Positions 49,325 to 58,288 of a stretch of 64,000 bases of DNA are shown here, one piece after another. The notes beneath the pieces are model-generated. The model made no database searches. It was not told the DNA's origin and worked only from the letters and a program-made list of their open reading frames with translations. Within the stretch, counting starts at the first letter, position 1; each line of letters starts with the position of its first letter. The DNA is from Polyangiaceae bacterium (GTDB taxonomy: Bacteria > Myxococcota_A > Polyangia > Polyangiales > Polyangiaceae): positions 1 through 64,000 of the forward strand of contig JANRKO010000045.1 of the NCBI GenBank assembly GCA_033763455.1, in the 5' to 3' direction. The position numbers were made by a program, and so were the translations under genes.

Positions 49325-50032
49325 TCAGCCGTAGCTGGGCAAGCTAAGAGCGAAGGCTTGCCCCGTCGGCTGTGCCAGCGCGCTCACCTCAGCGCCCGCC
49401 TGCTCTGCGCAGATTTTAGCGCACAAGAAGCCAAGGCCCCGACCGTAGCGCGATGCGCCTCCCGACTTGGACCGGAGCTGGCCCTCGACCGTGAAGATCT
49501 CGCTTTGTTGCCCCTGGGCTAGAGGCGTTCCTCCATCGGCCACGATAACTGTGCAGCGGCCTCCTTCGAAGCTCGTGGAAACCTGCACGGGCGTTCCCGA
49601 CGGGCAATACTGAATGGCGCTGCGAATCAGGTTTTCGAGTACGCGGGAGAACATTTGACGGTTGGAGCGAATACGCACCGATTTTCCCACCTCATCCTTA
49701 AGCTCCACAGCCACGCCGTGGCTCGCAGCAGCCATGCGGCTGCGCTCTACAACCTCATTCACGAGCCCCGAAAAACCGAGACCAACCAGCGGCAACGGCT
49801 CGCCACCCCCAAGCTGAAAGGAAAGCACTTCCATGTTCTCAATCACGTGCATCAAGCCATCACAGGAAGCGACTGCATCTTGCGCGGCTTCGGAAAGGTC
49901 GCGATCGATGGCGCTGAGGGCAGTGAGCAGGTAGTTGAGATTGCTGTGCAGCGCAGAGAGCGGGTTGCGCATGTCATGCGTCAACAGGCCCAAGAGGCCC
50001 GACAGCGCTTTAGCATCAATGGGTTCCGTCAC
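49325..50032 (-). CDS. stand-alone HisKA-HATPase protein with no sensor domain
   Basis: THDMRNPL H-box at about residue 19; ENLIRSA, DGGTPL and GRGLGF boxes. Confidence 0.85.
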   Translation of the reverse strand: MTEPIDAKALSGLLGLLTHDMRNPLSALHSNLNYLLTALSAIDRDLSEAAQDAVASCDGLMHVIENMEVLSFQLGGGEPLPLVGLGFSGLVNEVVERSRMAAASHGVAVELKDEVGKSVRIRSNRQMFSRVLENLIRSAIQYCPSGTPVQVSTSFEGGRCTVIVADGGTPLAQGQQSEIFTVEGQLRSKSGGASRYGRGLGFLCAKICAEQAGAEVSALAQPTGQAFALSLPSYG

Positions 50033-50904
50033 GCGGACCCCAAGAGCTGATGCTTTTCCGTGAAGCGCTCAATGCGCTCTCGCACAAGCTCTCGGTGCTC
50101 AAGCGGGGCCACGTGTGTACCATTCGTGATCGTGAATAATTCACCGCGAGGAATGGCCTCGGCCATAGCCTCGGAAATTGAGTGTGGCGTAAAAGAATCC
50201 TTCTCCCCAGCGATCAGCAACACGGGAACTTGAATGTCCTCCAACAGATCTTCTGCCGAGTGCTCACCAGCCGCCGCCAGCATTCTTAGGAACATCTGAA
50301 AATCCACGTGAGCCACGTGCTTGAAATACGGTTCGACATCCTCCACACGTATCTTGTCGGCCGCTATTTCCCCCGTCATAAGGGCTACCTTCAAAGCCAC
50401 GCGCGGCGGCACCCGGGACCAAAGGCCGCGCGCCAGCTTGGGATGGCGCCCAACAAAAGCAATAAGGTCGGGCAACACGTTAGCCAAAAGGTCCGTGCCA
50501 TGGAAAGTGTGCGTGACGCGACCAAAGCTGCCGCACAGAAAAACCATAGCGGCAACATTTTCGGGGCGCAGCCGATAAGCTTCGAGCGCCACTTGTGTCC
50601 CAAAGGAATGACCGATGAGGATCACCTTCGGATCGCCGAGGAAGCGCCGCACCACATCGAGATCGGCTGCGTGATCTCGAACTTCAATGCGACGCTCGTC
50701 AACCGGCAATGCACTCCGCCCGTGTCCGCGGTAGTTCCAATGCGCCACACTCATCGTCCGCGACAGATCATCCCAAAGGTACTTGTAGATGAAACCGTCG
50801 CAGACGAGGCCGTCGCAAAGGAGCGCCGTAACAGGGCTTGGGCCAGGACGGCGACGCACATAGAGGCGTGTGCCGTCCCCAGCGATTACGAACGATTCGT
50901 CCAC
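50029..50904 (-). CDS. alpha/beta hydrolase
   Basis: RGHGRS, GHSFG nucleophile elbow, GEKD, GTH. Confidence 0.92.
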   Translation of the reverse strand: MDESFVIAGDGTRLYVRRRPGPSPVTALLCDGLVCDGFIYKYLWDDLSRTMSVAHWNYRGHGRSALPVDERRIEVRDHAADLDVVRRFLGDPKVILIGHSFGTQVALEAYRLRPENVAAMVFLCGSFGRVTHTFHGTDLLANVLPDLIAFVGRHPKLARGLWSRVPPRVALKVALMTGEIAADKIRVEDVEPYFKHVAHVDFQMFLRMLAAAGEHSAEDLLEDIQVPVLLIAGEKDSFTPHSISEAMAEAIPRGELFTITNGTHVAPLEHRELVRERIERFTEKHQLLGSA

Positions 50905-50916
50905 CGAAGCTGCGAC

Positions 50917-51138
50917 TTAGCTGGCTTCGGGAGAATCGTCGTCATCCGCAACGTCGTTAACGCTGGGGATCTTTTTGATCTCAAGCCGTGCAAGTTTCCA
51001 TGCACGCTGGACCACCCAAGAGAGCGAGCGATCTAACCGCGCCGCTTCGTCCTTGATTTCTTGGAGCATTGCCTCAGGGAAATAAAGGCTCTGCTTTCGC
51101 TTGTCGCTTCCACCAGATTTGGCATCGTTGTCGGACAC
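50917..51138 (-). CDS. cdbA: TIGR04563 / CdbA-CdbB family ribbon-helix-helix, c-di-GMP-binding nucleoid protein
   Basis: DKRKQSLYFPE.ML.EI..EA.RLDRSLSWVVQ.AWK.AR signature; cannot distinguish cdbA from cdbB. Confidence 0.85.
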   Translation of the reverse strand: MSDNDAKSGGSDKRKQSLYFPEAMLQEIKDEAARLDRSLSWVVQRAWKLARLEIKKIPSVNDVADDDDSPEAS

Positions 51139-51390
51139 TGAACATCACCTCTTGTGAGATTGGGTGCGTGAAATATTACTTTGTACCACTTTGAAAAGAA
51201 CCAGATCAATCCTTGCCGCGGCCAAGAGACCCGGGTTGTGTCCAGGTCAGCGGACCAAATTGCTCAGATTGCTCCGTGAATCAGAGAACGTCCCCTCTGT
51301 GGGAAACTTTAGAGCTCTGTCGGTTCCCGAGCGCGAAGGTGCCGCCCTCCCCTTCAGCGGGCTCTCGGGTCCCGTATACTCGCCCGACGT

Positions 51391-52749
51391 ATGTCGAGGA
51401 CCTCTTCTGTACTGAAATTCATGGCTGTCGCCGTCGTTGCTTTCCTAGGCGGCGGTATAGCCACAGGAATTGCGCGAGCCTCCACCGAGCGCGATAGCCC
51501 CTACCAGGTCCTCGATCAGCTAGCCCGAGTGCTCGTGCGGATCGAAAACGACTATGTGGATCCCGTAGATCGGAGCCGTCTTATCGAAGGAGCTATCAAA
51601 GGCATGGTAGCGGAGTTGGATCCGCACTCCTCCTTCCTTCCACGCCAAGATTACGCGATTTTTCAAGGCGACACGGAGGGACGCTTCGGAGGCGTGGGGG
51701 TTGAAGTGGATTTCGGAAACGACACCGTGACGGTGATGTCCGTCGTGGAGGGGTCGCCCGCAGAGCAACGAGGAGTGAAACCTGGCGACCAAATCGTTGC
51801 GATCGACGACCACCCAGTGCGTGGCAAATCCCCTGCAGATCTTGTGCGCACCATGCGCGGAGAACCTGGAACCAAAGTACAACTCTCCCTCCGGCGCGGC
51901 AACCGGGAAGGTCTCATCACGCTCACGCTGGTGCGCCGCATCATCAACGTATCTAGCGTCGCCTCCAAGCTTCTAAGGGAGGGTGTGGGTTACCTCCGGA
52001 TCAAGAGTTTTCAAACCGGCACGCATACTGAATTCGAGGAAGCCGTGGGAGCCCTTCGAAAAGCCAGCCAAGACAATCTTGCCGGGGTAATCTTGGATCT
52101 CCGAAATAACCCGGGCGGTCTAGTGGATGAAGCCAGCGCCATCGCCGATGAATTCCTAACCGGCGGCGTGATCTACACCACGCGCCATCGCCGCCAAATC
52201 GTGGACGAAGTCACCGCTAGCAGCGGCGGCAGCTTAAAGCGCGGTCCCATCGTAGTGCTCGTGAACGAATACAGCGCTAGCGCCTCCGAACTCCTAGCTG
52301 GCGCCCTGCAAGATCAGCACCGCGGCCCCATTATTGGGGCCAAAACCTTCGGAAAAGGCTCCGTGCAGAGCATCTTAGATCTCCCCGGCGGTGACGGCCT
52401 CAGGCTCACTACTATGCGTTATTACACGCCAAGCGGGCGCGCCATTCAAGCCCTCGGCATCACACCCGATCTCGTGGTGCCCACCCCTAAAGAAGACGCC
52501 GGCGAAGTCGTCCGCGAAGCCGATCTCGAAGGCCACTTAGCGGCCGAAGGAGCGCGCCCTACACCGCACAAAGCGCCCGAAGCCGCAACCAAGCCAACGT
52601 CCGAACACGCGGCCCCCGATCCCAACGCCACGTTGCTCGGTGTGGCACGCGTAATCCCAGTGGATCCGCTAACAGGGCCTGACGCCGCGCTTAAAGTGGC
52701 TTACGAAGTACTAACGGGGAGGCGTACCGTTTCGGCAAGCGCGCCCTGA
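51391..52749 (+). CDS. ctpA: S41 carboxyl-terminal processing protease
   Basis: LDPHS, PDZ (FGGVG), DLRNNPGG, SASASE, FGKGSVQ. Confidence 0.94.
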   Translation: MSRTSSVLKFMAVAVVAFLGGGIATGIARASTERDSPYQVLDQLARVLVRIENDYVDPVDRSRLIEGAIKGMVAELDPHSSFLPRQDYAIFQGDTEGRFGGVGVEVDFGNDTVTVMSVVEGSPAEQRGVKPGDQIVAIDDHPVRGKSPADLVRTMRGEPGTKVQLSLRRGNREGLITLTLVRRIINVSSVASKLLREGVGYLRIKSFQTGTHTEFEEAVGALRKASQDNLAGVILDLRNNPGGLVDEASAIADEFLTGGVIYTTRHRRQIVDEVTASSGGSLKRGPIVVLVNEYSASASELLAGALQDQHRGPIIGAKTFGKGSVQSILDLPGGDGLRLTTMRYYTPSGRAIQALGITPDLVVPTPKEDAGEVVREADLEGHLAAEGARPTPHKAPEAATKPTSEHAAPDPNATLLGVARVIPVDPLTGPDAALKVAYEVLTGRRTVSASAP

Positions 52750-52854
52750 GCGATCGGCTGGATTCGCACATGGGCTGGGCCTCGGAGAAGCTCTTCTCCG
52801 CAAGGTGCCCGCGAAGGCAGCAAAAACGACGCGAGCATTGAGGCACGCCCAAGC

Positions 52855-53160
52855 TTAGTGATTCTGGGCGTTCGCGGAGTTTGCCTGCTGCTGGCGTGCG
52901 CGCATGGCCGTCATTACGGCAACTGATTCCGCAGCAGTAGAACCGGCATCAGACGCCTCTGCGCCATCGCTTGAGCGAGGAGCACAGATGCAGGACGTCG
53001 AATATTCGCCGCTGTAAACAAATGCACTCATTTTCATTCGTTTCGACTTACAATGCTCGAAACAGCCACTGGCTCCCCCTGGGAATTCGGCGGCCCCGTA
53101 AAACGTGGTGGCACAGCCCATCACCAAAGTGGCACTCAGAAAGATCCCGATGATTTTCAT
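52855..53160 (-). CDS. small Cys-rich lipoprotein
   Basis: MKIIGIFLSATLVMGC lipobox; CFEHC and CIC motifs. Confidence 0.7.
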   Translation of the reverse strand: MKIIGIFLSATLVMGCATTFYGAAEFPGGASGCFEHCKSKRMKMSAFVYSGEYSTSCICAPRSSDGAEASDAGSTAAESVAVMTAMRARQQQANSANAQNH

Positions 53161-53315
53161 GCGGCTTTGCCTATCACGCCGAGCGCCACTGACGACAGGC
53201 AAAAAACCACGCGACGGTCTCCATCTTCGCGAAACCACACCGTGCCTCCGCCGAACATGGGCGTGAGGTGCGGCACCAAAACCAAGGGAAATCCCTAACA
53301 CTTAGCGACCGGAGG

Positions 53316-53513
53316 GGGGTGCACGCCGCGCGGGCGATACTTAGCATAACAAGTACCTGTGGCGGCGCTGAAAGGGCCCCCACGCCTGCCCGTCTGCGAA
53401 CACTCCGAAGTTGAAGCTTGAACTCCGCCCAATTTGGCTGACATTCGGGAGGGGTGCGCGCAGCGTGGGCGATACTTAGCATAGCAAGTACCTGTGGCGG
53501 TGCTGAAAGGGCC
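53316..53513. repeat. 63-bp imperfect direct repeat, two copies (53316-53378 and 53451-53513)
   Basis: Core GGGCGATACTTAGCATA(A/G)CAAGTACCTGTGGCGG(C/T)GCTGAAAGGGCC; period 135 bp; 5 mismatches. Confidence 0.92.
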
Positions 53514-53567
53514 GTTGGCTTGCGGCAGAGGCGTTTCCGGAGGGAGCTGTATTGCCTGCATTGGGTG

Positions 53568-53630
53568 CCTGCGTTGGGCGCCGACACTCCTGCGCTGGGC
53601 GCCGACACTCCTGCGTTGGGCGCCGATACT
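53568..53630. repeat. tandem 21-bp repeat, three copies
   Basis: CCTGCG(T/C)TGGGCGCCGA(C/T)ACT three times, plus a partial copy at 53555-53567. Confidence 0.92.
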
Positions 53631-53650
53631 CCCACCGAAGGTGGCGTTAT

Positions 53651-54871
53651 CTATTTCTCAAAGCGCGAGAGTAGCCGTTCGCTGGCTGCGATGCCGGAAG
53701 TCACCGCTGCCGCTACCGTGCGCGATTGTCCGGCAAGCATGTCGCCTGCGACTTCTAGCCTGCCTTTGAATGGTTCGTGCGCGCTCTGACCGATATGGGA
53801 GTGAATCCCGATATGCGAGCCAACCCCGATCCGCTCCAGAACTCCTAGATCTGACTGCAAGGCGAGTGGAAGGCTCGGATCGGACGCGCTCAGTACGTCG
53901 CCATCTAACTCAAGCTCTAAGGGCGCCAAGTAGCTCAATTTCAGGCGTTCGGAATGGGAATGAGCCAACGAACCCTCCATCACGATGCCGCCCGCTGCTA
54001 CGCCGCCGGTCGCCAACACGACGGCGTCTACCTCAAGGATGCGCCCCTCACCTTCATCCGGTTGGAGCGACAACTGAGCGCCAGTATCCGTAAGTGTCAC
54101 ACGCACCAATCGTGCGCGCTCCGGAACAACACCCCATCTAGCTAACATCTTAGATCGGGCGCAGCTCCAACGCGCTCCCGCGGTTCCACCAGGCCGCGAC
54201 CCCACTTCACCCACCGGAATTCCAAGCTCCGTTCGCAACCTGGCGGCAACGTCTTCGTCCACACCGAGCCACGGCCCAAGCAGCCACGCGTCGTAGCCTG
54301 TGTGCTCCGAGAGCTGAGCGGCGAGCCACGCGGTTCGTTCGGGAGCATCGTGCAGGGCCGCAAAATCTGCCACTGGAATACGCCGTTCGTTACTCAATTT
54401 TAGGCCATTTACGGGTACCGCCACGAACTGAGTGTGCGTCTTTCGCGCCCATGACTGTTCGGCCAATACGGCCGCGAGCAACTTCGCATTCATGTCGTCG
54501 CGCCCCAAATCGGCAACACCCACGCGTTTGCCGGCAACCTCTGCTAAGTTCAAGATCGCGCGATCTGCGGCAATGGATGGCACCACGATGCCTTGCGTGG
54601 ATGCGTTCCACTCGCCCACGCTGGCATCGTTAACCTGAGAATTCGCTCTCGACTCCAGAGACCAACTTCGCCAGAGCCCCAGCTCCTCGGCAAAATTTCG
54701 GCTCGCTTCCGCGTACGCCGCCACATCACCATACACGATCCCCGAATAGAATTCGCTCGAACCCGCGCGATCCTCAATGAGAGTTACTGCAAGGTTCCGC
54801 TTCCGGAACGCCCACGCTGCAGCGACCCCCGCAAAACCACCGCCCACCACGGCCACACGGCGCGGGCTCAT
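53651..54871 (-). CDS. FAD-dependent oxidoreductase, GlpB-like
   Basis: VVGGGFAG Rossmann motif, VVLATGGVAAGG, AGD...AAAVTSG; directly downstream of the glpA-like gene. Confidence 0.7.
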   Translation of the reverse strand: MSPRRVAVVGGGFAGVAAAWAFRKRNLAVTLIEDRAGSSEFYSGIVYGDVAAYAEASRNFAEELGLWRSWSLESRANSQVNDASVGEWNASTQGIVVPSIAADRAILNLAEVAGKRVGVADLGRDDMNAKLLAAVLAEQSWARKTHTQFVAVPVNGLKLSNERRIPVADFAALHDAPERTAWLAAQLSEHTGYDAWLLGPWLGVDEDVAARLRTELGIPVGEVGSRPGGTAGARWSCARSKMLARWGVVPERARLVRVTLTDTGAQLSLQPDEGEGRILEVDAVVLATGGVAAGGIVMEGSLAHSHSERLKLSYLAPLELELDGDVLSASDPSLPLALQSDLGVLERIGVGSHIGIHSHIGQSAHEPFKGRLEVAGDMLAGQSRTVAAAVTSGIAASERLLSRFEK

Positions 54872-54931
54872 GGCTTCCCCCGTTCGACATGACGGCGCTT
54901 CACCGCTCACCCCGTTCAACATCACCGCCGC

Positions 54932-56611
54932 TCACCGTTCACCCAGCTCACTTCGAAGGCACGCCAAGGCAAATGCCTCTTGCCGCGCTTGCTCCGGCCC
55001 CAGCGTTGGCAAACGACGCTTTGCAGCAGCTTGCAGGAATTTTAAGCCCATGCGCGTGCCCACGCTCGGAGAAAGCTCCTTCATTTGCGCCACGATGCGG
55101 CCACACGCCACCGCGCAACGCATGCCCCCGCAGGCGCCCAGCCCCAGGCGCGTACGGCGTGAGACATCTTCCACGTCCGTAGCCCATTCTTGCTGCACCG
55201 TGTAGCGAATCTCAGCTTCGGTGACTGGCTCACATGGGCACACAACGACAGCTTCTCTCGGATCTTGCTGCATGCGTTCTAAGATCCGCAAGCTTCTGTC
55301 GCCGTGTCGATATTCGAGCCGCGTGGCAGTGACCGCCTCCATGCCACCCTGTAACACAAGCGACATCGGCTCCACGGTGTCGGCGCCTCCGGGGAGCGCC
55401 GTAGTATGCGTGCTACACGCGATGGATTTCCCAAACGCCCGGGCGAGCTCATCCACCATTTCTTGGGCAAACAGTCGATAGCTCGCCAGCTTTCCGCCGA
55501 TCATTGAATAAAGGCCCGGAGCTCCGTGGGCTTTGTGATCTACCACTTCGTGTTCGCGCGAGAGCGAATCCTCCGAGCCACCCCAACCATACAATGTGGG
55601 GCGAACGCCGCCCCAGGTTCCAATCGCCCGCGCCTGATCAATTGCTGGAAAAACCCTATGAATCGCCTGAAAAAGATAGCGAACCTCATCGTGTGTTGCG
55701 AGCACTTCATCGGGGTTACCGTAAAAATCATCGTCCGTCGTGCCGAGCACGCTCATGTTTTGCCACGGCATCAAGAATACTTGGCGCCCGTCGATAGCGT
55801 TGCACACGATGGCGTAGTTGGTGAGCCGCCGATCCAAAAATACGTGAATGCCCTTGCCCGGACGGATCGCTGCGCTTTTTGGCGAAAGGTTGCCGAGGGC
55901 CGTTGTGATGGGCGCCCAAGCGCCAGTGGCATTCACCACCACGGGCGCTGAAATTTCTCCGACCCTTCCGCTCAGGCGATCCCGATAGCGAACACCCGCC
56001 ACACGGCCGTGTTCTCCACGCAGAATCTCGGTAACGGTGGTGTGGTTGTAGAATACGGCGCCGCGTTCGACCGCATCGGTAACGTTGGCAGTACACAAAC
56101 GCACGCCATCAATGCCCCATTCGTCGAAGGTGACGCCCCCTTGTGTTTCCGCGAGCCCGGGCTCCAACGTGGCCAATTCATCCGCGGAAAGGCGCGCGTG
56201 GGGCTTGCCGTGCTTCAACGGCTGATAGTCGTCGTACAGATCGAAGAAGGCGTCGTACGCCGTTAATGTGAGTTTCGAAAGCAGCCCTGCTTTGCCATAC
56301 ATCGGGACTAAGAATGGGATCCGAAACAACAGGTGCGGAGCAATGCGCTGAATGTGCCCGGAATCCAAGCACGAGCTATGGGTAACATCCGGATTATGGC
56401 TCAAATAGCGCGGGCCTCCGTGGATCATCCCGCTCGAATTGCCGCTTGCCCCGAAGCCAATATCGTTGCGTTCGAGCAGCGCCACACGGAAGCCGCGTAA
56501 AGCCGCATCGCGAGCAACGCCCGCTCCATTGACGCCAGCGCCGATGACTACCACATCGACGTCGGTGTCTCGGGAGATCTGAAGAAGGGGCGTGCCCATA
56601 CTGGACTTCAC
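54932..56611 (-). CDS. glpA: glycerol-3-phosphate dehydrogenase GlpA/GlpD with a C-terminal BFD-like [2Fe-2S] domain
   Basis: IGAGVNGAG.ARDAALRG, SGMIHGGPRY, VVNATGAW, GVRP, GGKL; CPCE...RTRLGLGACGGMRC. Confidence 0.88.
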   Translation of the reverse strand: MKSSMGTPLLQISRDTDVDVVVIGAGVNGAGVARDAALRGFRVALLERNDIGFGASGNSSGMIHGGPRYLSHNPDVTHSSCLDSGHIQRIAPHLLFRIPFLVPMYGKAGLLSKLTLTAYDAFFDLYDDYQPLKHGKPHARLSADELATLEPGLAETQGGVTFDEWGIDGVRLCTANVTDAVERGAVFYNHTTVTEILRGEHGRVAGVRYRDRLSGRVGEISAPVVVNATGAWAPITTALGNLSPKSAAIRPGKGIHVFLDRRLTNYAIVCNAIDGRQVFLMPWQNMSVLGTTDDDFYGNPDEVLATHDEVRYLFQAIHRVFPAIDQARAIGTWGGVRPTLYGWGGSEDSLSREHEVVDHKAHGAPGLYSMIGGKLASYRLFAQEMVDELARAFGKSIACSTHTTALPGGADTVEPMSLVLQGGMEAVTATRLEYRHGDRSLRILERMQQDPREAVVVCPCEPVTEAEIRYTVQQEWATDVEDVSRRTRLGLGACGGMRCAVACGRIVAQMKELSPSVGTRMGLKFLQAAAKRRLPTLGPEQARQEAFALACLRSELGER

Positions 56612-56733
56612 ACGTTACGGCTTGAATGCCGTGCTGGCTAGCTCGGGCGCTTTCCCCGATGGGGAACGCTTGCGGGCGCGCGGCTTCGCCGTTTTGTTGG
56701 CCCACGGTGTCCCGCTGTGCCTAGTTGCGAGAC

Positions 56734-57243
56734 ATGAAACCTTGGGTGATAGCTTGCGCGATTCTGGGCGGCCTCTGCCTTGAACCCGCCCTTGGGTTCG
56801 CCCAAGGCGAAGAGCAAGTGGGCGCCGTCCCAAGCGGCAGCCTGCCGAGCGAACGCTCCCAAAGGGAGGGGCGACCGCGCGTACACCTTTCTCGCCTCAC
56901 CTTCCCTCAAGATCTCCCCGACGCGGCGGCGCTCGAACGCCACCTCCGACACACGTTGGCGCGTGCGGCAAGGCGCGTCGATTGGGGCGCTGGCCAAGGC
57001 CACAAGATCGAATACAGATTCACCGTTGAAGAACTGCGCATTGAGAAGAGCGACGGCTTGGTACGTGTGAGCTGCCGGGCCACAGGGCAGTTGCCCAAAG
57101 GCAAGCGAGCCAAGAGCGCCATCTCCTTCGGTGGCGACCCGAAAACCCGCGACGCCCTGGTCCACAAGGTGCTCGGGATTGTCGCCCAGGGCGTGATTGC
57201 TCGACTCGCAGAGCTGGAACGCGCGCGCCGCGGCCAAGACTAG
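56734..57243 (+). CDS. hypothetical secreted protein
   Basis: Signal peptide MKPWVIACAILGGL...GFA; divergent from glpA. Confidence 0.65.
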   Translation: MKPWVIACAILGGLCLEPALGFAQGEEQVGAVPSGSLPSERSQREGRPRVHLSRLTFPQDLPDAAALERHLRHTLARAARRVDWGAGQGHKIEYRFTVEELRIEKSDGLVRVSCRATGQLPKGKRAKSAISFGGDPKTRDALVHKVLGIVAQGVIARLAELERARRGQD

Positions 57244-57281
57244 AGCGACTCCTGCCGGATTCGGCTATAGTTTTGGGCACC

Positions 57282-58238
57282 ATGGAGCTGCCCGGCGAGC
57301 CCGTACTTCGAGAACTCATCCAACGTACCGCAACGCTATGGGCCCGCCTCAGCCACGAGGTTGGCTCGCGGCCGATGATCCTCCCAAACGCCACGTTCTT
57401 TCCAGATCCTTACCACCATGACGAACCCAGCGTGAATCGGTTGGTGCAACGCCTTGCCGAACATGCGGGCATGCAGGATGTGCCCGTGGAAGTGTGCCTC
57501 ATCGCTCCCGACGCCGAGGAAGAAGCGGCTAGTTGCAGTTCCGGCGGTTGCGGGCCAGCCGTGGTATCCGGCTCATTTCAGCGCGTGGTCGATCGCGGAG
57601 ATGGTTGGCAGCTGAACGTTGCGGAGGCCGAGCTTTTGCACCCAGTAGCTCTCACCACTGAGCTCGGTCGCGGGTTAGCGCTTATCTTCCTTCTGGAAAC
57701 CCACGAGGCCGGAGCACCGCTGGAAGGCCCCCTGGAGCTCACCACCGAGCTTACCGCCGTTGCGCTTGGAATGGGCCCGCTGCTGTTGCAGGGTTCTTAT
57801 ATCTACGCCAAAGGCTGCGGTGGCCCGCGCATCAGCCAGCTCACCCAATTGAGCACCTTTGAATTGGCGGTAATTACTGCGCTTTTCTGCACGCTTTCTG
57901 GCGTCCCCCACAAAACAGTGAGCCGTGAGCTTTCTGTTACTCAGAAAGAAGCATTTGCCGAAGCGGTGGCGTTCATAAGCTCCAACCCGGAACTCACACT
58001 CAAATTGAAGCGCGCACCCGAGCTACTCGCGATGGGTGATTTTACGCTCAATCCCACTCGAAGCTGGCTGAGCCGTGTGCTCGCCCCCGCCAAGGTTACC
58101 GAAGAGGCATTTCCTTTGTGGTTGGGTGAAAAGAGCACAGCAGAGCTCCCACCGGCACGAAGCCCGAAAAGCGCGCGCCACGCTGAACTAAAAGCCTTGG
58201 TAAGCGACGCCCTCAGCGAAGGCGCTGACCACTCCTAA
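57282..58238 (+). CDS. hypothetical protein with CSSGGC and CGG motifs
   Basis: 318-aa ORF co-oriented with its neighbours. Confidence 0.75.
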   Translation: MELPGEPVLRELIQRTATLWARLSHEVGSRPMILPNATFFPDPYHHDEPSVNRLVQRLAEHAGMQDVPVEVCLIAPDAEEEAASCSSGGCGPAVVSGSFQRVVDRGDGWQLNVAEAELLHPVALTTELGRGLALIFLLETHEAGAPLEGPLELTTELTAVALGMGPLLLQGSYIYAKGCGGPRISQLTQLSTFELAVITALFCTLSGVPHKTVSRELSVTQKEAFAEAVAFISSNPELTLKLKRAPELLAMGDFTLNPTRSWLSRVLAPAKVTEEAFPLWLGEKSTAELPPARSPKSARHAELKALVSDALSEGADHS

Positions 58239-58288
58239 CTCTTCGAACCGAAGAAACGATGCGCGCTCTACAACAGGCGGGAACCTAA

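Noticed and set aside
47730..50050. Long antisense ORFs (for example 47730-48548 and 49112-49522, also 50308-51036 and 27098-27769)
   Set aside because: They are shadows of well-supported genes on the opposite strand in GC-rich DNA.
53339..53366. dif-like site (TTATGCTAAGT on the minus strand resembles a XerD arm)
   Set aside because: The would-be XerC arm (GCCGCCACAGG) lacks the ATAA inner motif, and the second copy breaks the TTAT.
53316..53630. Possible CRISPR array
   Set aside because: Only two 63-bp copies, the 21-mers have no spacers, and there are no cas genes in the window.
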